The position numbers and the translations under genes were made by a program. This document shows positions 37,117 through 46,888 of a stretch of DNA of 64,000 bases, one piece after another. Each line of letters starts with the position of its first letter. Within the stretch, counting starts at the first letter, position 1. Origin of the DNA: an uncultured Chloroflexia bacterium (GTDB taxonomy: Bacteria; Chloroflexota; Limnocylindria; Limnocylindrales; CSP1-4); NCBI GenBank assembly GCA_963746845.1, contig CAVVCZ010000009.1, positions 41,909-105,908 of the forward strand, in the 5' to 3' direction. The notes beneath the pieces are model-generated. The model saw only the letters and a list, made by a program, of their open reading frames with translations. It was not told the DNA's origin and ran no database searches.

Positions 37117-40100
37117 ATGGCGTTCGTCATGTTGGCTTCCCCCAAACGGCGTAGTCCGGTCGAGGCTGCCCCGGATCGATTCGCGCGGCTCGGCCGGTTC
37201 GCGGTCCGCCGGCGCTGGTGGATCGTCGGGTTCTGGGCCCTCCTGCTGCTCGTCGCGGTGCCGCTCGCACCGCGCGTCGGCGGCGCCCTGCGCGCCGGTG
37301 GCTTCATCCTCGACGACCTCGAATCGGCGCGGGCGAAGGCCCTCCTCCAGGCGGAGCTGGACACGCCGCCGTCGGCGGTCGTCGTGGTCCTCCACAGCGA
37401 CACGGCGACCGCCGGGACCCCGGCGTTCGAGGTGCCGGCGGCCGCGGCCATCGCCCACATCACGGAGGCCCCGGGCGTCGTGCGGGTGCTCCCGCACACG
37501 CTGAGCCCGCGCCAGGTCTCCGCCGACGGCCACACCGCGTACGACATCGTCTTCCTGTCGATCGCCCCGGACGACTCGCCCGCGGCGCTGCCCGGGATCC
37601 GCGAGCGGCTGGCGCAGCCGGCGGGGCTCGACGTCCAGCTCGCCGGCGGGCCGGCCTTCTACGGCGACGTCCAGTCCGTGTCCGAATCGGACCTGCGACG
37701 GAGCGAGATCGTGTCCTTGCCGCTGGCCGCGATCGCGCTGCTCGTCGTGTTCGGGTCGGTGATCGCGGCGGCCGTCCCGCTGATCGTCGGCGGTGCGGCC
37801 GTCGTCGTCGCGCTGGCGGCAATCTTCTTGATCGCGGGCATGACCCCGATGAGCATCTTCGTGCTCAACCTCGCGACCCTGCTCGGGCTCGGTCTCGGGG
37901 TCGACTACTCCCTCCTCCTGACGAGCCGGTTCCGGGAGGAGCTCGCGTCCCGCGCGGACGAGCCCGCGGACCAGCGCGTCGCGGTCGCCGTGGAGCGGAC
38001 CGTCGCCACGGCGGGCCGGGCGGTGTTCTTCTCCGGGCTGACGGTCCTCCTCGGCCTGGGCGGTCTCGTCCTCTTCGAGTTCATGATCCTGCGCTCGGTC
38101 GGGATCGCCGGGGCGATCGTCGTCCTGCTCGCGGCCTCGTCCGCCCTTACCCTGCTCCCCGCCCTGCTCGCGATCGTCGGGACGCGGATCGACGCCCTGG
38201 CGGTCCGGCGAGTCGTGCCGCGCGACGATCCGAACGGGCCGTGGGCTCGGCTCGCCCGGTGGGTCATGCGCCGACCGGTCGCGGTCCTCATCCCTACCCT
38301 CGCCCTGCTCTTCGCCCTCGGGCTGCCGTTCCTCCACGTCCGGTTCAACGCCCCGGACTCGACGATCCTTCCCGCGAGCGTGCCGTCGCGCGCCGCATTC
38401 GACCGCCTCGCCGACGCCTTCGGCGAGGGCGACTTCGCCCCGATCGTCCTCGCGATCCGGACGGACGGCGCCGCGACCTCACCCGCCAATGTCGCCGCGC
38501 TGTACGACTACTCGCGTCGGCTCGCGGCGGACCCGCGCGTCCGTCGCGTCGACTCCCTCGTCGACGTGGATCCGCGCCTCGGGCCGGCGCAGTACGGGCT
38601 CCTGTACGCCGACCCGAACGGCCCGCGCGACCGATTCGTGGCCACGGCCCTGGCCGCGACGACGAAGGGCGACCTGACCGTGTTCACGATCACGACGCCG
38701 TACGGCCCGAACCGCGATGAGGGACGGGCGCTCGTCGCCGATCTCCGTCGCGACGGCGGGCCGCTTGCGCCGCCGGCCGGGATGACGGTCCTCGTGGGGG
38801 GCGGGGCGGCGGACGTTACGGACGTCGTCAACCGGGTCGCCGCGGATTTTCCGCGGACCGCGCTGTTCATCGTCGTGACGACCTACCTCGTCCTGTTCGT
38901 CCTCCTCCGCTCGGTCGTCCTGCCGGCGAAGGCGCTCGTGATGAACACCCTCTCGATCGTCGCGTCGTTCGGGGCTCTCGTGTGGATCTTCCAGGACGGC
39001 AACCTGTCGTCCGTCCTCGGGTTCCAGCCACTCGGCTTCGTCGAGACGACTCAGCCCGTGATCCTCTTCTGCGTCCTGTTCGGCCTGTCGATGGACTACG
39101 AGGTCTTCCTCCTGACGCGGATGAAGGAGGTCTGGGACCGGACTGGCGACAACCAGGAAGCGGTGGCGCGCGGGCTCGAGCGGAGCGGCCGGATCGTGAC
39201 GTCCGCGGCGCTGATCGTCGTCGTCGTCGCGGGCTCGTTCGCGTTCGCCGACATCGTCCTGATCAAGGCGCTCGGGATCGGGATGGCAATCGCGGTGACC
39301 CTCGACGCGACCGTCGTCCGGGCGCTCCTCGTCCCGGCGACGATGCGGCTGCTCGGGAAGTGGAACTGGTGGCTGCCGTCCGGGCTCCGCCGGGTGCCGC
39401 GGATCGAGACGGCCGGGGTGGCGGGGGCGATCGGCCTGGCGCTCGTGCTCGCCTCGCTCCCGCTCCTTGCAGGCTGCACAGCCGGCGCGCCGATCCTCGC
39501 GAACGCCCCGGCGCCGCACCCGATGCCGCCGGCCCTGACGCCCGCCCCGTCCTTGCCGGCCGATCCCGTCGCCATCGTCCTGCCGGCGGACGACGGGCCC
39601 CACCACCGCCTCACCGAGTGGTGGTACTACACGGGCCATCTCCAGGCCGCCGACGGGACGCGCTACGGCTTCGAGGACGTGATCTTCCGCGCCGAGCGCG
39701 GCGGGTTCCCGGTCTCGTGGGCGTCCCACGTCGCGATCACCGACGAGACAGCCGGGACGTTCCGGTTCGCCCAGCGGACGGAGATCGGACCGCAGGTCGA
39801 CCATTCCACGCCCGGGCACTTCGACCTCGCCCTGACCGGGCCGGCGGGCACGGACCCGGCCGCGTCGAGCTGGGCGATGGCCGGCGGCGACGGGCGGGAC
39901 CACCTCGGCGCGCTCGGGTCCGCGGACCCGGCGAGCCCATCGTCCGGGACGCTCGGACTGGATCTGCGTCTGGCGGCGACGAAGCCCGCGGCGCTCCACG
40001 ATACAGACGGCTGGATCGACTTCGGGGCGGGCGGCTCGTCGTACTACTACTCGCGGACCGCCATGGACGCCCTGGGCTCACTGACGGTCGACGGGCGGGA

Positions 40101-40575
40101 CCTCCAGGTGACGGGCACGGCCTGGTTCGACCACCAGTGGGGTGATTTCATCGCGGTGGGTGGGGGCGGCTGGGACTGGTTCGCGGTCAACCTCGACGAC
40201 GGCACGGACCTGACCCTGTCGCTCGTCCGGGACGCCGACGGCTCGTATCCGCTCGTCTACGGGACGTTGGCCGCGGCCGATGGGTCGACCCGCCACATGC
40301 CGGCGGACGCCTTCCAGGTCGCGGTCACGCGCCGATGGACGAGCCCGCGCACGAGCGCCGACTACCCGGCCGGCTGGCACGTGACGATCCCGGGCGAAGG
40401 CCTGGCGATCGATCTCCGGCCGACGGTCGCCGACCAGGAGCTCGACACGCGGGCATCGACCGGGGTCGTGTACTGGGAGGGATCGCAGTACGTTGCCGCC
40501 ACCAGGGACGGGCATGCACTGGGCGGCGAGGCCTATGTCGAGCTGACCGGGTACGCGCCCGCGCCGACGCCGTAA
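37117..40575 (+). CDS. MMPL (RND) transporter fused to a C-terminal AttH/CrtC lipocalin-like domain
   Basis: GLGVDYSL, TAGRAVFFSG, FGLSMDYEVFL, SGRIVTSAA, LDATVVRALLVPA, WNWWLP; then EWWYYTGH, YYYSRT, WFDHQWG, WDWF, YWEG, YVELTGY. Confidence 0.9.
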   Translation: MAFVMLASPKRRSPVEAAPDRFARLGRFAVRRRWWIVGFWALLLLVAVPLAPRVGGALRAGGFILDDLESARAKALLQAELDTPPSAVVVVLHSDTATAGTPAFEVPAAAAIAHITEAPGVVRVLPHTLSPRQVSADGHTAYDIVFLSIAPDDSPAALPGIRERLAQPAGLDVQLAGGPAFYGDVQSVSESDLRRSEIVSLPLAAIALLVVFGSVIAAAVPLIVGGAAVVVALAAIFLIAGMTPMSIFVLNLATLLGLGLGVDYSLLLTSRFREELASRADEPADQRVAVAVERTVATAGRAVFFSGLTVLLGLGGLVLFEFMILRSVGIAGAIVVLLAASSALTLLPALLAIVGTRIDALAVRRVVPRDDPNGPWARLARWVMRRPVAVLIPTLALLFALGLPFLHVRFNAPDSTILPASVPSRAAFDRLADAFGEGDFAPIVLAIRTDGAATSPANVAALYDYSRRLAADPRVRRVDSLVDVDPRLGPAQYGLLYADPNGPRDRFVATALAATTKGDLTVFTITTPYGPNRDEGRALVADLRRDGGPLAPPAGMTVLVGGGAADVTDVVNRVAADFPRTALFIVVTTYLVLFVLLRSVVLPAKALVMNTLSIVASFGALVWIFQDGNLSSVLGFQPLGFVETTQPVILFCVLFGLSMDYEVFLLTRMKEVWDRTGDNQEAVARGLERSGRIVTSAALIVVVVAGSFAFADIVLIKALGIGMAIAVTLDATVVRALLVPATMRLLGKWNWWLPSGLRRVPRIETAGVAGAIGLALVLASLPLLAGCTAGAPILANAPAPHPMPPALTPAPSLPADPVAIVLPADDGPHHRLTEWWYYTGHLQAADGTRYGFEDVIFRAERGGFPVSWASHVAITDETAGTFRFAQRTEIGPQVDHSTPGHFDLALTGPAGTDPAASSWAMAGGDGRDHLGALGSADPASPSSGTLGLDLRLAATKPAALHDTDGWIDFGAGGSSYYYSRTAMDALGSLTVDGRDLQVTGTAWFDHQWGDFIAVGGGGWDWFAVNLDDGTDLTLSLVRDADGSYPLVYGTLAAADGSTRHMPADAFQVAVTRRWTSPRTSADYPAGWHVTIPGEGLAIDLRPTVADQELDTRASTGVVYWEGSQYVAATRDGHALGGEAYVELTGYAPAPTP

Positions 40576-40594
40576 TCGCCGGAGCTCGTCGCCC

Positions 40595-41425
40595 TCAGGG
40601 GGCCGTGGTCGGACCGGGGATCACGACCCCGTTGGCCACGGCGACGTCCTGGATCTGGGCGTCGACGGCGGACAGGCTCGCGAGGAGGCGGACCATCGCC
40701 TTCGCCGACTGGCGATAGGACGCGGTGTTCGTCACCGAGTCGACGAGCGACTCCGCGGCGGTGTCGTGGATCGAGTCGTAGACCATGGCGAGATCGTTGC
40801 CGAGCCCGGCCGAGCCGGGCCACGCGGCGATCTTGTCGGCGAGCTGGCCGGCATAGACCGTGTCCGCGGAGATCGCGCGGAGGGTCGCCGCGACGGCCGT
40901 GGAATTGAAGGTCGACCGGGCGAGTGCGGCGGAGAGGACCCGGGAGGCGTTCCGCAGACGGGCGTTGACCGTGGCCGCCTGGACGAGGGCCGATCCCGTG
41001 ATCGACGGGATGCTCCCCGATCCACCGGATCCGTACACGCCCGAAGGCAGCGGTCGCGGGTGGCCCGACGTGCCGGTTCCGACGATCGGTGCGGCGCTCG
41101 CGCCGGCGATCGGCGCGGCGTCGGCCGGCAAGGCGTGGGTGAGGCCGAACACCGTCCCGCCCAGACCGCCCAGCAGGAGGCCGAACGCGAGGCCGCCGCT
41201 CGCGAGGAGCGACGCCTTCGACATCGGCACGCCGATGATCAGTCGCGTCCGGCAGCCGGGGCAGCGGCGGGTCCCGACGGCGAGCGGCCGGGAGCACTTC
41301 GGGCAGTCGAAGACCGTCTGGTCGAGCTCGCCGATGGCGAGCGATTCCGGGGCGCCCCCGGCGACCGATTCCTGCGTGGGTGGTGCGGTTCGACGCCGTG
41401 AGCGCCGGACCGCGTTGACGGTCAT
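40595..41425 (-). CDS. Hypothetical membrane-anchored protein with an N-terminal zinc ribbon
   Basis: CPKC...CPGC, one TM, Pro/Gly linker, helical C-terminal domain. Confidence 0.7.
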   Translation of the reverse strand: MTVNAVRRSRRRTAPPTQESVAGGAPESLAIGELDQTVFDCPKCSRPLAVGTRRCPGCRTRLIIGVPMSKASLLASGGLAFGLLLGGLGGTVFGLTHALPADAAPIAGASAAPIVGTGTSGHPRPLPSGVYGSGGSGSIPSITGSALVQAATVNARLRNASRVLSAALARSTFNSTAVAATLRAISADTVYAGQLADKIAAWPGSAGLGNDLAMVYDSIHDTAAESLVDSVTNTASYRQSAKAMVRLLASLSAVDAQIQDVAVANGVVIPGPTTAP

Positions 41426-41669
41426 TCGAGATCGAGGCTCCTGATCCGCTCGATGCGGAGGGCAGCGGTCGGTTGCCCTCGCCGGCAGTGTCCGTCAGGC
41501 GTACCAGAGCGGGCCTGAACCGAAGGTCCCGCAAACGGCCGTACGTTCGGACGGCGAGCGTGGAAGCGCCCGTGATCGGGACGTGCAAGTCGACGACGCT
41601 GAAACCTTGCGGCGGCGCGACGCCTCAGGAAAGTGAGCCCATCAATCCGGAGAGATCGGGGACGCGGAC

Positions 41670-42473
41670 ATGATCGATTTACCGCTCGGGGCGACCGCAC
41701 CGCGCGACGCCTTCGCGCCAGGTCCAACTGGACCGACCTTTCGGGAGCCACGAACGGCCGTCGCGCGCAACCCAGCGGCCGGCGAGCTTCGACGCGCGAT
41801 CGCCCGGGGTCCCGGTCCGGCGGCGCGGCTGCGCGGCGGCGAGATGATCGCCCTGCTGGCCGTGCTCGGTCTCGTGGCGATCGCGGCCACCGACCAGATC
41901 GTGCCGGCCAGCTCGGCCCATCAGGCGCAGCTCCGGATCTGGCTCGCCTCACGCGCCGCCGGGGTCGTCGCGCTCGTCCTGCTCGCGCTCCAGATCGTGA
42001 TCGGGCTCCTCCTGAGCCATCCGACGAACAAGGTGGAGTGGAAGCTGTCGCGGGCGGTGTTCCCGTGGCACGACAGCCTGTGGCTCTTCGTCCTCGCGTT
42101 CGTCGTGGCGCACGTGGTCTCGATCGTCCTCGATCCGTACGCCGGCGTCGGGCTGGCCGGGGCGTTCGTGCCGGGGCTGTCCGCCTACCGGTCGGCACCG
42201 GTCGCCCTCGGCTCGCTCGCGCTGTACGCCATGCTCGTCGTCGGTCTGACCGCCCGGTTCACGCGGATCCTCCCGCGCGGGGCCTGGCTCGTGATCCATC
42301 GGGCGGGGGTCGGCGTCTTCCTCCTCGGCTGGATGCACGGCCTGCTCGCCGGGACCGACTCGGTCCCGCTCGCGGCTCTGTACCTGGCGCTCGGCGCCTC
42401 CGTCGCGCTGGCGACGGGCTGGCGATGGTGGGGACGATCCCGATCGGCCGCGACGGGAGGGCAACCGCTGTGA
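41670..42473 (+). CDS. Ferric reductase-like (MsrQ-like) transmembrane heme-b protein
   Basis: WLASRAAG, four His in TM helices (WHDSL, AHVV, IHR, MHG), GTD motif. Confidence 0.8.
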   Translation: MIDLPLGATAPRDAFAPGPTGPTFREPRTAVARNPAAGELRRAIARGPGPAARLRGGEMIALLAVLGLVAIAATDQIVPASSAHQAQLRIWLASRAAGVVALVLLALQIVIGLLLSHPTNKVEWKLSRAVFPWHDSLWLFVLAFVVAHVVSIVLDPYAGVGLAGAFVPGLSAYRSAPVALGSLALYAMLVVGLTARFTRILPRGAWLVIHRAGVGVFLLGWMHGLLAGTDSVPLAALYLALGASVALATGWRWWGRSRSAATGGQPL

Positions 42474-42916
42474 TCGCGCTGCGTCTCCGCCGGGTCGTCG
42501 TGATCGCGGCGATCTTCGGAAGCCTCGTCCTCGGTGTCGCGACCGTCCGCGCCGCCGCGTTGTGGACGGCTGCCGGCGCGCCGCTGGCTGTCGCACCCGT
42601 CTCCGTCCAGGAGCTGACGACCCGGCTGGCCGACGAGCAGGCGCGCTCGGCGGACCTCCGGCGGCGGCTCGACGAGCTCACGGCGGCAGGCGCGGATCTC
42701 GCGACCGCCCTCGACGCCGCGCGAGCGCGGATCACGACCGACGCCGCCACCGCCGCCGATCTGACCAGCCGGCTCGCCCAGGCGAAGACCCGACTGCGGA
42801 CGCTCGAGCGGTCGATCGCCCGGGCGAAGGCGTCGCTCGCGACCAGCCGCGCACCGGCGACGCCGCCGCCCGTCACCGGCGGCGAAGGGTCGGCCGACGA
42901 ACACGAGCCGGACTGA
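42470..42916 (+). CDS. Secreted or membrane-anchored coiled-coil protein
   Basis: GTGA overlap, signal-like N-terminus, heptad repeats, acidic tail. Confidence 0.7.
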   Translation: MIALRLRRVVVIAAIFGSLVLGVATVRAAALWTAAGAPLAVAPVSVQELTTRLADEQARSADLRRRLDELTAAGADLATALDAARARITTDAATAADLTSRLAQAKTRLRTLERSIARAKASLATSRAPATPPPVTGGEGSADEHEPD

Positions 42917-43377
42917 TGGCCACGCGGATCGAAACGGACTCCGGCACGAGGCAGCATCGCCTGCCGCGATTCCCCGGTCAGGTCGTCGCCCTCGTAGGCG
43001 TCTCGACGACCGGCTACGCGCTGGCGCTCGCGGGGATCGCCTCGCTCCAGGCGGCCAGCGACGCCGCCGTGGTGGCGGACCGGGCGCCGGCCGCCGCCGG
43101 GATCGACGCCGTCGCGAGCGGCCACGATCGTCTGGCGGGCCGGTTGGACGATCTCGCCGGACGACAGGCGCGGTCCGCGGCGTCGTACGACGCCGTCACC
43201 TCTGGCATCGCCAGGGTCGAAGCGGAGCTGGGTGCGCTCGCGGGGAAGGTATCGGCGGTCGACGGGGCATCGCGGACGCTGCCGGCGTCGGTTGCTCTTC
43301 CCCCGGTCGTGCGGTCCGTCCGGCCCTCGAGCCGGTCGACCACCCACGCGACGACGGGCGGCTCCGCGGCGCCCTGA
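42916..43377 (+). CDS. Membrane-anchored coiled-coil protein with C-terminal TTGGS motif (candidate flavinylation substrate)
   Basis: TGATG overlap; N-terminal TM, coiled coil, ends STTHATTGGSAAP. Confidence 0.7.
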   Translation: MATRIETDSGTRQHRLPRFPGQVVALVGVSTTGYALALAGIASLQAASDAAVVADRAPAAAGIDAVASGHDRLAGRLDDLAGRQARSAASYDAVTSGIARVEAELGALAGKVSAVDGASRTLPASVALPPVVRSVRPSSRSTTHATTGGSAAP

Positions 43378-43395
43378 CCCGGCGCGTGGACGCTG

Positions 43396-44328
43396 TCAGG
43401 GACGGCCGATGAATGCGCCGAGCGCCGCGCGGGTCGGCATCCCGCCGCGCGCTCCGGGCTTCGTCGTCGAGAGGCTCGCGGCGGCGACCGCGTCCCGGAC
43501 GGCGTCGCCGAGCGGCGAACCACCGGCGAGCGCAGCGGCCAGGGCTCCGGCGAACGTATCGCCGGCCCCGACAGCGTCGACGGCCCGGACCGGTGACGCC
43601 TCGACGATCAGCGGCCCCTGATCGGCGCGGACGAGGACCGCGCCGCCGGCCCCGAGGGTCACGACGACGGCCCGGGTCCCGGTCGGTCCCCCGTCGCCGC
43701 CGAGCAGGCGTCCCGCCGCGGCCACGGGGTCGTGGCCGACGTCCCCTGCGAGCACGGCCAGCTCGCCACGGTTCGGGATCACGATGTCGGCGAGCGCGAC
43801 CACGCTCCGAGCGAGGCCTGTCGCCGGAGCCGGGTTGAGGATCGTGGTCGCCCCGGCCGCGCGCGCGGCCCGGAGCGCCGCGACGACCGCGTCCGTGGGG
43901 ATCTCGCACCCGACGAGGACGACGTCATCCGCGCCGATGGCCAGCCGACCCAGGGCGCCCTCGACGACGTTGCCATCGACCTGCCCGTTCGCACCGGCAG
44001 CGACGGCGATGCTGTTCTCTCCGGTGCGATCGACGAGGATCAGGGCGACGCCGGTCGGACCCGGGAGGGTCGTCAGCTCGGAGAGGTCGATCGCCTCGGC
44101 GGCGAGCGCGTCGCGCGCGTCCGCGCCCAGATCGTCGTCCCCGACGGCTCCCACGAACGCGACACGTGCGCCGAGACGGGCCGCTGCCGTCGCCTGATTG
44201 CCGCCCTTCCCGCCGTGATGCCGGGCGAACGTCGCGCCGGTCACCGTCTCGCCCGGCCCGGGCAACCGGTCGACGGTCGCCACCAGGTCGACGTTGACCG
44301 AGCCGACGACCACGACCCTGCCGCTCAT
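43396..44328 (-). CDS. rbsK: Ribokinase (PfkB family)
   Basis: VVGSVNVD, GGKGGNQA, LNPAP, PNRGE, VDAVGAGDTF. Confidence 0.9.
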   Translation of the reverse strand: MSGRVVVVGSVNVDLVATVDRLPGPGETVTGATFARHHGGKGGNQATAAARLGARVAFVGAVGDDDLGADARDALAAEAIDLSELTTLPGPTGVALILVDRTGENSIAVAAGANGQVDGNVVEGALGRLAIGADDVVLVGCEIPTDAVVAALRAARAAGATTILNPAPATGLARSVVALADIVIPNRGELAVLAGDVGHDPVAAAGRLLGGDGGPTGTRAVVVTLGAGGAVLVRADQGPLIVEASPVRAVDAVGAGDTFAGALAAALAGGSPLGDAVRDAVAAASLSTTKPGARGGMPTRAALGAFIGRP

Positions 44329-44340
44329 CGCGGTGGCTCC

Positions 44341-45159
44341 CTACCCGGTGACGAACTCGCCGCCGTCGACCGAGATGATGTTGCCGTTGATCCAGTCCGA
44401 GTCCGTCGCGCTGAGCGTGACGATCGCGTCCGCCACGTCCTTCGTCGTCGTCATCCGGCCGTGCGGGTTGCGGGCCAGCGTGACGTCGATCATCCGCTGG
44501 TTCTCGGGGATCTTCCGGAGCGCCGGGGTGTCCGTGACGCCGGCCCGGATCGAGTTGGCTGCGACCCCGGACCCCAGCCGGGCGAACTCCATCGCCAGCT
44601 GGCGGATGTGCGACTCCATGGCCGCCTTCGCGCCGGACACGACGCCGTACGACGGGATGACCCGGCTCGTCCCCTCGGAGGTCATCGCGTAGATCTTCGA
44701 GCCGCGCTCGAGGAACCCGGCCCGCCAGACACCCTGGACCCAGTACACGAGGCTGTTCGCCATCACGTCCTGGGTCATCTCCATCTTCTTCCGGTCGACG
44801 GCCTCCTTCGGGTCCTCGGCGAGGAACGGAACCAACGAGCCGAACGCGAGCGTGTGCATGACGACCCGGATGTATGGATGGCGACCCGCCGCCCGGCTCC
44901 CGTCGAAGCGCGCCCGGATCGTCTCGATCGCGGCCGCGCGCTTCTCGTCGTCGGCCGCGTTCATGTTGATGAAGAGCGCCTCGGTCCCGGCCGCCGCGAT
45001 GGCCGCCTTGATCTCCTCGACGTGAGCAAGGCCCGCCCGGAAGTCGAGGTGGACACCGACGATCCGGTAGCCGGCGGCGGCGAGCGCCAGGGACGTCGCC
45101 TCGCCCATCCCGCTCGAGGCACCGAGGATGAGCGCCCAGCGCTCGCGGTCGTCGGTCAT
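44341..45159 (-). CDS. SDR oxidoreductase (FabL-like enoyl-ACP reductase)
   Basis: ILGASSGMG, YGVVSGAK (Yx6K), GVTDTPALRKIP, VDGG. Confidence 0.85.
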   Translation of the reverse strand: MTDDRERWALILGASSGMGEATSLALAAAGYRIVGVHLDFRAGLAHVEEIKAAIAAAGTEALFINMNAADDEKRAAAIETIRARFDGSRAAGRHPYIRVVMHTLAFGSLVPFLAEDPKEAVDRKKMEMTQDVMANSLVYWVQGVWRAGFLERGSKIYAMTSEGTSRVIPSYGVVSGAKAAMESHIRQLAMEFARLGSGVAANSIRAGVTDTPALRKIPENQRMIDVTLARNPHGRMTTTKDVADAIVTLSATDSDWINGNIISVDGGEFVTG

Positions 45160-45379
45160 CGGGTCCTCCGGTCGTCGATTCGGCCCGGCGAGTCTAGCAG
45201 CGGCCCGGACCCGCTCGGCGGAGACTCGATGCAGCGCTGCACGGTGGCGGGCCGAGATGATCCTCAGACGTGAAGGTGCAACGATGGGGCGGTTCTCGCG
45301 TCTCATTCGGCCCGACGACGGAGGTCGTTCGGGTGGGCGAGGTCTGTTCCGCCTCGCCGGAAGGCCATGGAGGCAGGAG

Positions 45380-46559
45380 ATGACATCCCGTCCACGCGCC
45401 CTGCGCGTGAGTCTGGCGTTGGCCGGCGCGCTGGCGTTCGCCATGGTGCCTGCGGCAGTGTCCGTGGCGTCAGCCAGCACGCCGAAGTGTCGGGTGGTGG
45501 ACGTCCGCAGCGCGGCGCGGCACTCCCGGCTGCAGTGGGCCGTCAATCGCGCCCGGGCGGGCGACACGCTCCTCGTCTATGGCACCTGCCAGGGGACGAC
45601 GACCATCCCGAAGAACCTCACGATCGTCGGCATGCGCAGTACCCACTTCGGCCGGCCGATCCTCGACGGCCGACGGGCCGGCTCGGTCGTGACCGTTGCG
45701 GGGGGCGTGACCGTCACGATCCGGAGTCTGACCATCGCGAACGGCCGGGCGACGGTGGGCGGGGGCATCCTCAACCATGGCACGCTGACGCTCATCGGGG
45801 CCACCGTCAGAAACAACACGGCGACGAGTCGCGGCGGCGGGATCAAGAACGTGAGCGTCGTCGTCAATGGCACCTCATTCCCTGCCACGCTGACGCTGAT
45901 CGGGACCATCGTCACGAACAACACGGTGACCGGGTCGGGAGGCGGGATCGCGAATCAACGCAGGGTTCCCTATCACGATCCGAGACTCGACCATCAGCCA
46001 CAACACCAGCACCGCTGGAGGCGGCGGCATCGCCACGTCGGAAGGGCTGCTCGTCATCGAGGGCCACACGTCGATCAGCTGGAACGTGGCCGCGGATGGC
46101 GGCGGCATCTGGGCGGTCCCGCATGTTTCGGCGACCATCGGCGGCACGACCTCCATTGACCACAATCGCGCTTCGGACGCGGGTGGCATCGACTGCGGCG
46201 ACTGCGGCTTGACGTTGAACGACAGCAGCTCGGTTCACGACAACACCGTCACCGGGTCCGGAGGCGGAATGCGGGCCTCCGGCGTTTCCGAGAATGTCAC
46301 CCTCAACGGATCCGCCTCGATCTTCAACAACCGTGCGGGTGGCGACGGAGGAGGCGTATGCGTCTGCGGAGCGAATCTGGGCCAGCTCGTCCTCAACGAC
46401 AACAGCTCCATCTTCGGGAACACGACGACCGGGCACGGTGGCGGAGTCGATCTCGCGGCGACCTTCGCGAGCGTCTCGCTCGGGGGGACCAGCGCCATCC
46501 ATGACAACCACCCGGAGAACTGCTACCCGGATGCGTCCGTGACGGGCTGCACCGGCTAG
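45380..46559 (+). CDS. Secreted right-handed beta-helix protein (GGGI repeats), interrupted by a frameshift near 45952
   Basis: AGGAG SD, signal peptide, repeated NN.A..GGGI units in two successive frames (…GGGIA | INAGFPITIRDSTISHN…). Confidence 0.75.
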
Positions 46560-46678
46560 CCTCCGGCGAGCCTGGAAGGGGTTCGTCACCACCCGCAGAT
46601 CGAGACGGGACGCCTGGACCGTGTCGACCGGCCGTTCGGCTCTCTCGTCCGAAGCCCAGCCGCGCTAGTTTGCGGTCG

Positions 46679-46888
46679 ATGGCCGACCTCAAGCCGGAGC
46701 AGATCCTCGCGCTGCTCCTCCCGATCGTCGTGATCCAGCTGGGGCTGATGATCGCTGCGCTCTTCGACCTCGAGAAGTCCGAGCGTCGTGTCCGCGGTGG
46801 CAGCAAGCTCGTGTGGGTCCTCGTCATCGTCTTCGTCAACGTGATCGGCCCGATCGTCTACTTCGTCGCAGGGCGGGAGGAGTCGTGA
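46679..46888 (+). CDS. PLDc_N domain small membrane protein
   Basis: ALFDL...KLVWVLVIVFVNVIGPIVYFVAGR; TAGTTT-N7-ATG. Confidence 0.85.
   Translation: MADLKPEQILALLLPIVVIQLGLMIAALFDLEKSERRVRGGSKLVWVLVIVFVNVIGPIVYFVAGREES

Noticed and set aside
41430-41669. c-di-GMP or other riboswitch in the divergent intergenic region
   Set aside because: GCAAAC and GAAA fragments are present, but the full c-di-GMP-I or -II consensus and stems could not be assembled.
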